Shown here: in pieces, positions 8,372-17,032 of the stretch
Layout: the number at the start of each line of letters is the position of its first letter
Position numbering within the stretch: the first letter of the stretch is position 1
Source: Candidatus Nanosyncoccus sp.
GTDB taxonomy: Bacteria; Patescibacteriota; Saccharimonadia; Saccharimonadales; Saccharimonadaceae
Reading direction: 5' to 3'
DNA: 48,112 nt
NCBI GenBank assembly: GCA_045649285.1
Contig: JAZRPP010000014.1
Location: forward strand, 1 to 48,112
Made by a program: the position numbers and the translations under genes
The notes under the pieces: model-generated
Told to the model about the DNA's origin: nothing
Databases searched by the model: none
What the model saw: only the letters and a program-made list of their open reading frames with translations

Positions 8372-9259
8372 TCATATTTCTACAAGCTCGTAGTCGCGGG
8401 AGCCGAGACCGAGAGACTCGGCGTGCGGGAGGATAGCGCGGCCTTCGCGTGAGTCGATACGCTCCTGCAAGTCCTTAGCGCCGGGATCAGTAGAAGCCCA
8501 GATAGCATCAATAAAGGCTTGGTCGTTTGCGACGGGGTCGAGGGAGGCAAAGATGCCGATATCGCCCATCACTGGGTCGCCTTGCTTGGAATCACAATCA
8601 CAATCTAGAGATAGTGCATTAGCTACCGTAATATAGATAATCTGCTTTCCTTCTCTTTTGAGATAATCAGAAACTGCAGTGGCAGCTTCGGCCATGGATT
8701 CGATGAAGTCGACTTGAGGATGTTTTGAAAGCCAACAAAGACGCGGGTCTTTAGTCTTACCGCAGGAATGAATGTAGGCTTTGCCATTTCTTGAGGCAAT
8801 GCCGATGGATTGATTTTTGAGGTTGGCGCCAAAACCACCCATGGCGTGGCCTTTGCCGTGAGCGAGATTAATAATAGAATCGTAGTTTTTGAAATTATCA
8901 CCGATAAGATCGTATTTTAGATGTTTGCTACCAGCGGGAGCGGGTATCTCAAATTCGCCATCTGCGTCCATAATGTCTACATCGGCGAAGAAGGTAAAGC
9001 CATGATCCTCTGCAACCTTAATGTGATCTTTGGCGGTGTTGCGTTTGCCGGGGTAGGCGGTATTACATTCCAGAATAGTGCCGTTTAGGTTTTTGACGAA
9101 GGGACCGATAAGATCGGCTTTGAGATAACCTTTGGAGCCAGCTTCGCCGGTGGAGACTTTGACGCCAATTTTGCCGTTTAGCTTCACGCCTAGGGCATCG
9201 TAAACCCGTTGCAAACTTTCTGGGCTAATTTCTTTAGTAAAATATACTTTTGATTTCAT
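8372..9259 (-). CDS. DUF362 Fe-S cluster protein
   Basis: KVSTGE, ECNTAY.G.R, H.KGHAMGGFG..LKN.SIG.AS, DCDC, DIGIFASLDPVA.DQA. Confidence 0.85.
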   Translation of the reverse strand: MKSKVYFTKEISPESLQRVYDALGVKLNGKIGVKVSTGEAGSKGYLKADLIGPFVKNLNGTILECNTAYPGKRNTAKDHIKVAEDHGFTFFADVDIMDADGEFEIPAPAGSKHLKYDLIGDNFKNYDSIINLAHGKGHAMGGFGANLKNQSIGIASRNGKAYIHSCGKTKDPRLCWLSKHPQVDFIESMAEAATAVSDYLKREGKQIIYITVANALSLDCDCDSKQGDPVMGDIGIFASLDPVANDQAFIDAIWASTDPGAKDLQERIDSREGRAILPHAESLGLGSRDYELVEI

Positions 9260-9269
9260 AAAACTCCTT

Positions 9270-10892
9270 TTATTTTTTAACTACCTTTTTGGTAACGTCG
9301 AATTTTTCCATGTAGAGGCCTAGCATGAGGCGGGTCTGGGCATAGTAAGCAGCGATGGACTGATAAAGAATGGAGGTAATAGGCATGAGGATCCACTGAA
9401 GGAGCATGCTGATGTGCTTGGTCTTGCGGTATTTGGCGGGGCGCTTGGGTAGCATGCGCATAGAGATAATAACTGTAATAATCAACCCTACCATAGCAAA
9501 AGTCTCGACCACACTGACGATATTGGGGAGATTATAGGCGACCATGGTATGGTCGGAGTAATTCATAATCATCGGCACCCAACCACCAAAGGTGATAAGC
9601 GGAGCCATGATAGCTAGTGTGATGTGACCATCAAAGAGACGGACAAATTTGGGAAAGAGTTTCCAGAAAGGCATGACGTGATCCTTTTTCTTGGTAAAGA
9701 GGCGAACACCAACATAGGCGATGTCGGAAGCACCGTAGTACCAACGGCGGACTTGAATAAATTGAGCTTTGACGGTTTTGAGAAAAGTATCATCAATTAC
9801 AGCATCCTGATATATGGGGATACGAATTGGAAGGACAGAATAATCGCCGCGGAAGAAGAAAAGACTGCGCCAATATTGATGCCCATCCTCGACGATAGTA
9901 CGCTTGCTCCAAAAATCCATAGCTTCAAGCGCTTGGAAAGGTTGAGAATGAGAAGCAAAATTGCGAAGAGAGTGTGGACGCATAGTGGAGATGATATTGA
10001 AAAAGGAATTGGAGACAGCAATGACGCGGGTGGGGGCGGGGGCATCCCAGATGTTGTTCATAAAGAGGGAGACTGGCTGGTAGGCGAGATGCTGGCGATC
10101 TGGATGAGTGACGAATTCATAGGCGACGGAATCAAAATACTTGGGGGCAACGCGGTTATCACTGTCCAAGGAAGTGACGATGATATCTTCGGCGGGGAGA
10201 TTTTTTGCTTTGATATATTTGGCGAGCTGGTGGCCTGCGTAAGTGAGATTCGGCCCCTTGCCCATGACCTCGTGCGGGAGGTCGGCGGGGTGCTTGATGA
10301 GGAGAAAATCCTGGAAGACGCCCTGGAATTTGGCGGCTAGCTCGTGGGCGGTTTTTTCCATTGCTTCCCCACCCCGGGCTTCGTAGGCGAGGGTGAAGAT
10401 AATTCGGTCGTTTGGAAAGGTGGATTTTTTAACGGCTTCGACGGACGGGACTAGAGTGTCGAGACCCTCGTTGTAGGCGGCCATGATGACAGCGTGGGTG
10501 ACTTTGCTGGGGTCGGGATATTCGCTGTCGATGGAGGCCATCATTTTGAGATTTTCGAGATGGCGGTCAAAATGGTAACTTTTGTCGCGAGAATTGTGAA
10601 GACGCTCGTAGGATTCGTGGGGATGCTCCAAATCTTGTAGACGCTTGTACCAGTCGACGCGGCCGGCGCGTTTGACGACTTGATATCCTTCTACCGTACG
10701 ATAAGCAACGCCAATGGCTTTAACTAAAGTGGAGACGATAATAATGAAAAGATAAATTGCGCCAAGAATAGGATTGAGCCAAGACAAAACAAAAAGTAAA
10801 ATAACTGCGCCATACGAGACGACTGCGGGAAGAATTTCAAGAAAACGATATTTGGGAGTGCGTTTGCCCTCGGGGATTTCTAAGCTCTTCAT
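9270..10892 (-). CDS. Glycosyltransferase family 2, multi-TM
   Basis: AYNE, GKGPN, DSD, IVEDG, Q.RRW motifs. Confidence 0.85.
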   Translation of the reverse strand: MKSLEIPEGKRTPKYRFLEILPAVVSYGAVILLFVLSWLNPILGAIYLFIIIVSTLVKAIGVAYRTVEGYQVVKRAGRVDWYKRLQDLEHPHESYERLHNSRDKSYHFDRHLENLKMMASIDSEYPDPSKVTHAVIMAAYNEGLDTLVPSVEAVKKSTFPNDRIIFTLAYEARGGEAMEKTAHELAAKFQGVFQDFLLIKHPADLPHEVMGKGPNLTYAGHQLAKYIKAKNLPAEDIIVTSLDSDNRVAPKYFDSVAYEFVTHPDRQHLAYQPVSLFMNNIWDAPAPTRVIAVSNSFFNIISTMRPHSLRNFASHSQPFQALEAMDFWSKRTIVEDGHQYWRSLFFFRGDYSVLPIRIPIYQDAVIDDTFLKTVKAQFIQVRRWYYGASDIAYVGVRLFTKKKDHVMPFWKLFPKFVRLFDGHITLAIMAPLITFGGWVPMIMNYSDHTMVAYNLPNIVSVVETFAMVGLIITVIISMRMLPKRPAKYRKTKHISMLLQWILMPITSILYQSIAAYYAQTRLMLGLYMEKFDVTKKVVKK

Positions 10893-11255
10893 TTAACCTT
10901 CTCCGTGGATGCGGACTAATACTAAGAAAGTCCCTAAAATCAAGAAAAAGGTAAGGCAAGAGAAAAACTTGGCCATACCGCTGCCGCGTTTGTAAAAAAC
11001 GCGAAGAGTGAGAAAATTATGCATAATGCCAAAAACGAGACCAAGCAAAGGAAAAGCTAGGAAATCTATCCAAGTGCCATCGCGGTAACCGCTGAGATCG
11101 CTGTAGCCAACTTTGGCGACAGGAGCGGCGGGATTAAGTGAAACTAGTGAAAAAATAATAAGAGCAATAGAGGCGAGGAGATTTAAAACCATGAGCAACA
11201 GAACTCCGCGCTCGGTGTGAAAAATTTGGATAAAATCTTCTTTGATATATTTCAT
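10893..11255 (-). CDS. Small membrane protein
   Basis: Three hydrophobic segments; operon packing. Confidence 0.75.
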   Translation of the reverse strand: MKYIKEDFIQIFHTERGVLLLMVLNLLASIALIIFSLVSLNPAAPVAKVGYSDLSGYRDGTWIDFLAFPLLGLVFGIMHNFLTLRVFYKRGSGMAKFFSCLTFFLILGTFLVLVRIHGEG

Positions 11256-11257
11256 AA

Positions 11258-11854
11258 TTATTTGGTTAACTTATCTACTACGGCATCGACTTTTTGGATA
11301 AACATAGCATCGCCGATAATGCCGACTATACCAGTCACGATCATAGTCCAGCCGATAATTTGGACGACAGCACCAGTATTAAAGGTAATAAAGATACCTA
11401 GAGCTAGCATAATTAGGGAGATGATTAGCATGTAGCTCCAGCTTTTGACGCCAGTAGCGTAGAGCTTGATGGCGGTGTTGGCACGGACAAGTGCCTCGTA
11501 AACTACCCAGATACCAATGATAACCCTAAAGACATTGGCAATATCATTGCCGATAACAATAGCAGCAATACCGACTAAGACAGAAACTACACCAGAAAGC
11601 AAAGAATTGTTAAAGAAATCGTTCTGCCCTTTGACGACAAAATAGTTAATAACTTTATAAATACCGCTAACAATAAAGAAAGCGCCGAGAATATTAGCGA
11701 GAACTGTAATAGTAACATCTGGCCAAACTACTAAAAGAATGCCAAAAATAATAACCGCTAAAGATTCTATAGCGGAGCCCCAAGCAGACTTCTTGATATC
11801 CCAGCCTAGGTCTTTGACATTTTTTTTGATAACTTGCGCTTTTGGCGTTGGCAT
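11258..11854 (-). CDS. HdeD/DUF308 family membrane protein
   Basis: Six TM helices with repeated G...l..P pattern; AAGGAG RBS. Confidence 0.8.
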   Translation of the reverse strand: MPTPKAQVIKKNVKDLGWDIKKSAWGSAIESLAVIIFGILLVVWPDVTITVLANILGAFFIVSGIYKVINYFVVKGQNDFFNNSLLSGVVSVLVGIAAIVIGNDIANVFRVIIGIWVVYEALVRANTAIKLYATGVKSWSYMLIISLIMLALGIFITFNTGAVVQIIGWTMIVTGIVGIIGDAMFIQKVDAVVDKLTK

Positions 11855-11872
11855 AATAAATCTCCTTAATTG

Positions 11873-11948
11873 TGGAGCCGATGGCAGGGATCGAACCTGT
11901 GACCTGCTCGTTACGAATGAGCTGCTCTACCAACTGAGCTACATCGGC
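11873..11948 (-). tRNA. tRNA-Thr(CGT)
   Basis: GCCGATGTAGCTCAG...GCTCA-TTCGTAA-CGAGC...GGTTCGATCC...CTCCA. Confidence 0.95.
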
Positions 11949-11995
11949 ACATAAAATACATTGATATATAATATATTATATCATATATTGGAAAA

Positions 11996-13450
11996 TTATT
12001 TTCTTTTCTTGCGACGAGTGGAGGGCGCGTCGGGGTGGTTGAGTGTGTTGAGGCGGTGGGAAAGTTTTTGGCGGGCGTGAGGGGTGAAGATTTTTTCAAA
12101 CCAGGAAGGTTTGGGGGTCTGGTTTTTGGAAGTCAGAATCTCGACGATATCGCCTTGCTCTAGTTTTTTGTTGAGATTGGACATCTTGCCGTTGATTTTG
12201 ACACCGACGACATGATCGCCGATTTCGGAGTGGAGGCGATAGGCGAAGTCGAGAGGCATGGAGCCGGCGGGAAGATCGATAATGTCGCCCTTGGGAGTGT
12301 AGACGAAGATTTTATCGGCAAAAAGGTTTAGCTTTAGCTTTTTGAGATCTACCTTCTTCCCCTCCCGGAGGCGAGCGGCGGCCATTTGGAGCTCGGTGAT
12401 CCAGAGAAGATTAGTAGGGAGATGCTCGATCTTGCCCTTTTTATAGTTTTCGGTGAGCTTTTGCTCGTTGTAATAAAAACTGGCGGCGAGACCACGCTCG
12501 GCGTATTCATGCATTTCTTTGGTGCGGATTTGGAACTCAACTATATGTTTGTCCTTAGTAATGACGGTAGTGTGGAGAGATTGATAACCATTTTGCTTCG
12601 GCATGGCGATATAATCCTTGATGCGCTCGTTCATAGGGGTATAAAGCGAATGAATAATACCGAGGACAAGGTAGCAAGAAGTGACATCGTCAACAATGAC
12701 GCGAAGAGCGGTAAGATCGTAAATCTCGTTGATGTTTTGATTATATTTGGCAAGTTTTTTGTGTAAGGAATAAACGGATTTGACTCGGCCAGAAATAGTG
12801 AATTTGATTTTTTCTTTTTTAAGGGCACTAGAGACTTCTTCTTCTACGCGGGCAAGGGATTTTTGAGCTGATTTGTTGCGTTTTTTAATGAGGTCTTTGA
12901 GATAAGCAAAACGCTTGGGGTCGACATATTTAAAAGCGAGATCGGCGAGCTCGACGCGGAGCAACCCCATGTTGAGCCTATCAGCTAGGGGGGCGAAAAT
13001 CTCGAGAGTTTCTTTGGCGATTTTTTTCTGTTTGTCTGGAGGGAGAGCGGAAAGAGTTCTAATATTATGGAGGCGGTCAGCAAGCTTGATGATGAGAACC
13101 CGGATGTCGGAGCCGAGGGCCACCATGAGACGGAGAAAGTTATCCTTGGTCTCGGGGAGATAAGTATCGATATCGCGCATGCCGTCGCGAGCAGTCGAAA
13201 GCTTAGTGACGCCATCGACGAGAAAGGCGACGGGCTCGCCGAATTCGGTTTTAATATCTTCGAGCGTGAGGTCGGTATCCTCTACGGTATCGTGGAGGAC
13301 GCCAGCGATGACAGTGTCTTCGTCCATGCCCCATTCCTCTAGGATTTTTTTGACGGCTAATGGGTGAATGATATAAGGCTCGCCGGTACGGCGAAGCTGG
13401 CCTTCGTGGGCCTTGGTTGCGATATCAATAGCGTGCTGGATTCGGTTCAT
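11996..13450 (-). CDS. rel: RelA/SpoT homologue (HD + synthetase + TGS, no ACT domain)
   Basis: R.TGEPYI.HP, LHDTVED, KLADRLHN, KDYIAMPK.NGYQSLHT, EFQIRT, TPKG..DFAY.LHS; start MNRIQ placed by TGTTATAAT-N6-ATG. Confidence 0.93.
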   Translation of the reverse strand: MNRIQHAIDIATKAHEGQLRRTGEPYIIHPLAVKKILEEWGMDEDTVIAGVLHDTVEDTDLTLEDIKTEFGEPVAFLVDGVTKLSTARDGMRDIDTYLPETKDNFLRLMVALGSDIRVLIIKLADRLHNIRTLSALPPDKQKKIAKETLEIFAPLADRLNMGLLRVELADLAFKYVDPKRFAYLKDLIKKRNKSAQKSLARVEEEVSSALKKEKIKFTISGRVKSVYSLHKKLAKYNQNINEIYDLTALRVIVDDVTSCYLVLGIIHSLYTPMNERIKDYIAMPKQNGYQSLHTTVITKDKHIVEFQIRTKEMHEYAERGLAASFYYNEQKLTENYKKGKIEHLPTNLLWITELQMAAARLREGKKVDLKKLKLNLFADKIFVYTPKGDIIDLPAGSMPLDFAYRLHSEIGDHVVGVKINGKMSNLNKKLEQGDIVEILTSKNQTPKPSWFEKIFTPHARQKLSHRLNTLNHPDAPSTRRKKRK

Positions 13451-13464
13451 ATATATATTATAAC

Positions 13465-13602
13465 AAAAATAATCAATCATAAGTTTTTCGAAGTTTCGCG
13501 AGGTGATAATCTGACGATTATATCACCTCGCTACACCTCTGCGCGGAAAAAATGTAAAATTTTTTCCTTGATGTTCTCAAAACTTTATGATTGATTATTT
13601 TT
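13465..13602. repeat. Intergenic palindromic element with terminal inverted repeats
   Basis: AAAAATAATCAATCATAAGTTTT ... AAAACTTTATGATTGATTATTTTT enclosing GCGAGGTGATA..TATCACCTCGC and GGAAAAAAT..ATTTTTTCC hairpins. Confidence 0.75.
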
Positions 13603-13911
13603 TTATCCGATTTTTACGATTTCAATCTCGGAGTATTTTTGGCGATGGCCAGTTTCTTTGTGGACGCGTTTTTTGGCTTTGTAGCGGATAACGCGGATTT
13701 TGTCACCTTTGAGCTCCGGTGTGACTACCTTGGCCGTAACTTGGACACCCTTGACCGTAGGGGTGCCTACTATGGTCTTGTCGCCATCGATAAGAAGCAA
13801 AGCATCAGTCTTGAGCTCTTTGGTGCCTGCCGGGAGGAGGTCCACCCGTAGGGTCTCTTTTTCGGCGACGAGGTATTGTTTCCCGCCGACGAGAATAACT
13901 GCTTGTTTCAT
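13603..13911 (-). CDS. rplU: 50S ribosomal protein L21
   Basis: AVI..GGKQY.V, K..K.....GHRQ.YS.I.I..I. Confidence 0.95.
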   Translation of the reverse strand: MKQAVILVGGKQYLVAEKETLRVDLLPAGTKELKTDALLLIDGDKTIVGTPTVKGVQVTAKVVTPELKGDKIRVIRYKAKKRVHKETGHRQKYSEIEIVKIG

Positions 13912-13978
13912 AATTATCCTTTAATTAATATTAAGGTTAATTATATCACAATTTATCACTTTTGGGAAGACCTAGAGA

Positions 13979-15571
13979 CTAGACATATTTAGTAGCGCGG
14001 AAACGGTATAGATCATAAGGTAGAGTGGGGTCGATATTTCCCTTCTTGAGAGTTTTCCTAATTTGCTCCTCGGCGGTATGAATGGTGTCGAGCATAGGGA
14101 GCATGAGACCGCGTTTGTTATTTTGAAAAATGACAATGCCGTAGACGTTAGGGTCTAGCTCGCTTTCGTCTTTGACCTTCTCGATAGGGTCGAGGATGTA
14201 GACGCGGTAGGCTAAGTGGCTTAATTCTGGCTCGGTGATAGGGTTGAAGCGATCATCCCTCATGGCAGCTTTGATGGCGGAGGCGATAATCTCTTTCGCA
14301 ATAGAGCCGGTGGAGGCGCTGCGTGAACCGCGACAGCCGCGGAGCTGGCCGTCTTTTTTGATGGAAACGTAAACACCATTCTTTCCTTTTAACATATCTG
14401 GCGGGAGGCCGTAGGGAGGATCGATGGTCTGGCCGGTTTTGACATAAGCCTCTACTGCCCTTCTGGCGAGATTAACGTATGGGTTTTCTAATTGATGTTT
14501 TTTGGTGGTACTGGTGAATGGTTTGCCGCCTCCGTAGAAACTTTGGTAGAAAAGGCGGTAGCCGGATAGATTATGTTGGGAGTAGTCAATGCGAGCCTCG
14601 AAACCTTTTTTGAAGAAGCAACCGAGATATTTGTCGGAAAAAGAAGAGACGTTAGATAACGAGACCATATTGGCGACGCCGGCTCTGGCGCGATTATAAA
14701 AAACGGTTTTGGTGCGACTGAAGAGATTGTTTAGAGTGACAGGGTCTAGGTGATATTTGGATGGATCGTTTGATAGAATTGTAAGGAATTCGTAGGCGCA
14801 GCCGAGATATTCCATGTCGCAGAGTCCTGGATTTTTGGCGATTTTAGTAGTATATTTGGAAATGTTTTGGAGGAAATCTGTAATATACTCAGCATTGTCT
14901 GGAGAATTAAATAATTCTAGGTAGACGTAGGCGAGCCATTGGCTGCTGGTGTCGAGAGCGTTTTTGTTTTTTAGGCTCTGCATAGATTTACGGGTGGTGG
15001 AAAGATATTTATCGTCTTTAGTAAGCTGATACATGGAAAGTAAGGCGAAGTTGATTTCGCCGTCGTAGATTTCGCTGAGATTTTTTGCTAGGAATTTTAA
15101 ATCGCTACTTAAGGCATGACAATAATCACCAGTTTCGTCCTGAAGGCTAATAAGTCCAGAGGCTAGAGCTTTGGCCATCTCTAGATATTTTTGGTTTTGA
15201 TCGATTTGGTATCGCTCGATAAGGCTAAGGATAGCTAGGGCCGTGGAGGCGATTTTGTTGCTCTTTTTGGAGTAAATAATAAAAGCTTGGTCTGGATTTT
15301 GGTATTTGAGGCAATTATTTAGAATATAATCCAGGGCAGTATCAATCTTTTTTAAATCGATTCCCCGGGAGAGAATATTGGAATCCCGATAGGCTGAGAG
15401 GAGACTCCAGATAGAGCCGCAATGTCTGGCGAAATTGTAACTTTTATCGACTTCGCCAGACTGGATGTTGACGCTATAGACGAAGGTACCGTCTGGTTTG
15501 ATTTGTTTCAACATATAATTATATGTGAAGTTAATGATGTCGTAAGCGTCGGATTTGGTGAGGGGTTCCAT
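13979..15571 (-). CDS. Fusion: alpha/alpha-barrel-like N-terminal domain + AMMECR1 (AmmeMemoRadiSam protein A) domain
   Basis: N-term GTFVY...YNFARHCGSIWSL, YDGE..FAL, RIDYSQH; C-term GVYVSIKK.GQLRGC.G, D.RF.PI...EL, GLMLP. Confidence 0.7.
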   Translation of the reverse strand: MEPLTKSDAYDIINFTYNYMLKQIKPDGTFVYSVNIQSGEVDKSYNFARHCGSIWSLLSAYRDSNILSRGIDLKKIDTALDYILNNCLKYQNPDQAFIIYSKKSNKIASTALAILSLIERYQIDQNQKYLEMAKALASGLISLQDETGDYCHALSSDLKFLAKNLSEIYDGEINFALLSMYQLTKDDKYLSTTRKSMQSLKNKNALDTSSQWLAYVYLELFNSPDNAEYITDFLQNISKYTTKIAKNPGLCDMEYLGCAYEFLTILSNDPSKYHLDPVTLNNLFSRTKTVFYNRARAGVANMVSLSNVSSFSDKYLGCFFKKGFEARIDYSQHNLSGYRLFYQSFYGGGKPFTSTTKKHQLENPYVNLARRAVEAYVKTGQTIDPPYGLPPDMLKGKNGVYVSIKKDGQLRGCRGSRSASTGSIAKEIIASAIKAAMRDDRFNPITEPELSHLAYRVYILDPIEKVKDESELDPNVYGIVIFQNNKRGLMLPMLDTIHTAEEQIRKTLKKGNIDPTLPYDLYRFRATKYV

Positions 15572-15573
15572 GA

Positions 15574-17013
15574 TTATTTTTTGCCGACTGGAGTGGAGTT
15601 ACTGCTGGGGGTAACTGGCTGGTTGGAAGCTGGAGTTGCTGGGTCGGCAGGTGTGGTAGGTGTAGTCGGGGTGGCTGAGGTGTTGACCTCGGCTGGGTTT
15701 GCTTCCCCGCTAGAAACGCTGCCTGCGACTGTAGCAAGTTTTTTGCGGCTGCGATAGAAGTAGAAACCACCACCACCGATGCCAAGTACAATGATGATTG
15801 CTAGGATGATTTCGACTGGACCAGTATTGGGCAACTCGGATGGAGTGGGCTGGCATGCAGACTGACCAGGGTTAACAGTACAATCATCTAGAGGAGGAGT
15901 CTCTTCGGCACAGTTGGGACTAATGGCAATAACCGAGGCGCTATCACTATCAGAATCACCAGTAGCGACGTTGCTATCGTAAGTTAGAGTGACATTATTG
16001 GTAAGCTCAGTACCATTACAATCATATTCGCCAGAAACGGTAGCTTGATAAGTGAGATAAACTACGTTGCCGGTGCCGATGGTGCCGAGATTATAACCAT
16101 CGTTGATAATATTGTCGGAGAGTTGGTCGGTAGTTGCAGAACCATTGGCGCGGAGGCCGACACTGCCAGGAACGAGGGTAAGACCTGCAGGCAAGGTATC
16201 TTTGATGGTGGCATTGGTCAACTCAACGTCGCCAGTATTGTAGATGGCTAGCTGATAGTAAACGGTGTCACCTGGGTTGGCCTGGACGGATTCGCCGTAA
16301 TTCTCGCCATCCTTGGAGACGGTTTTTTCGACAGTACCACCGAGCTCTTCGGCTTGGAGGACATAGCTAACTACGCCGTGGTATTCTTCGCAACCGGGGA
16401 TAACACCATTTAGAGAGTTTAGGCCAAGAGAGGTGCCGGCTTCGGTAAAGAGATTTGTAGAAAGAATAGAACCATTAGTGCCCCAATCGTTGTAAATCCG
16501 AGCGGAGCCGGTAACATAGCGCATGAGAACCTTGTCGGTAGAAGTAGACATGGTGGCTTCGTCCCAGACGGACTCTGGAGTAGAATTGCTGGAGGTGATT
16601 GTCGCAGTAACTCTACCACTCTCAGACGGAGTAAGAACGGTCGAGAAGGAGCTGCTCATGTGAGTATGCATAGCAACACCAGAATAATTATGAGCGGCAT
16701 CGTTGTAGGTACTAGAAGCGTCGTTATGGAAATAAACATAAACAAGATACTGGCGGCCAGGAACGATTTCGATGTTGTTGGAAAGATCCGTAACATCAGC
16801 ATTAATTTCGCCGATGCGGACAAAGTCGCGCTCGTCGCCGATAGTTGGATTATTGGTGATGGAATTAAAAGTCGGGTAGGTGGCAGGATTTTCCATGGTA
16901 AAGGTAGCACGCTCTGGACCCCAAGCGGAGGCAGAGGCTAGACTGATAGTGCTAGCGCCTAGGATGGCGGCGGTAGCGCCGAAGAGTTTAAATTTGGTAC
17001 TTAATTTTTTCAT
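15574..17013 (-). CDS. Secreted DUF11-domain surface protein with LPxTG-like motif and TM anchor
   Basis: Signal peptide then WGPER..FNSITNNP..GDERDF; PGDTV.Y.L...NTG...L....KD.LP.GL; ELPNTGP + TM + basic tail. Confidence 0.85.
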   Translation of the reverse strand: MKKLSTKFKLFGATAAILGASTISLASASAWGPERATFTMENPATYPTFNSITNNPTIGDERDFVRIGEINADVTDLSNNIEIVPGRQYLVYVYFHNDASSTYNDAAHNYSGVAMHTHMSSSFSTVLTPSESGRVTATITSSNSTPESVWDEATMSTSTDKVLMRYVTGSARIYNDWGTNGSILSTNLFTEAGTSLGLNSLNGVIPGCEEYHGVVSYVLQAEELGGTVEKTVSKDGENYGESVQANPGDTVYYQLAIYNTGDVELTNATIKDTLPAGLTLVPGSVGLRANGSATTDQLSDNIINDGYNLGTIGTGNVVYLTYQATVSGEYDCNGTELTNNVTLTYDSNVATGDSDSDSASVIAISPNCAEETPPLDDCTVNPGQSACQPTPSELPNTGPVEIILAIIIVLGIGGGGFYFYRSRKKLATVAGSVSSGEANPAEVNTSATPTTPTTPADPATPASNQPVTPSSNSTPVGKK

Positions 17014-17032
17014 AGTTTCCTTTCTTCCACCC

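Noticed and set aside
9624-10340. 238-aa plus-strand ORF and the many other short antisense ORFs in core genes
   Set aside because: They lie within well-supported opposite-strand genes and show no motifs or start signals.
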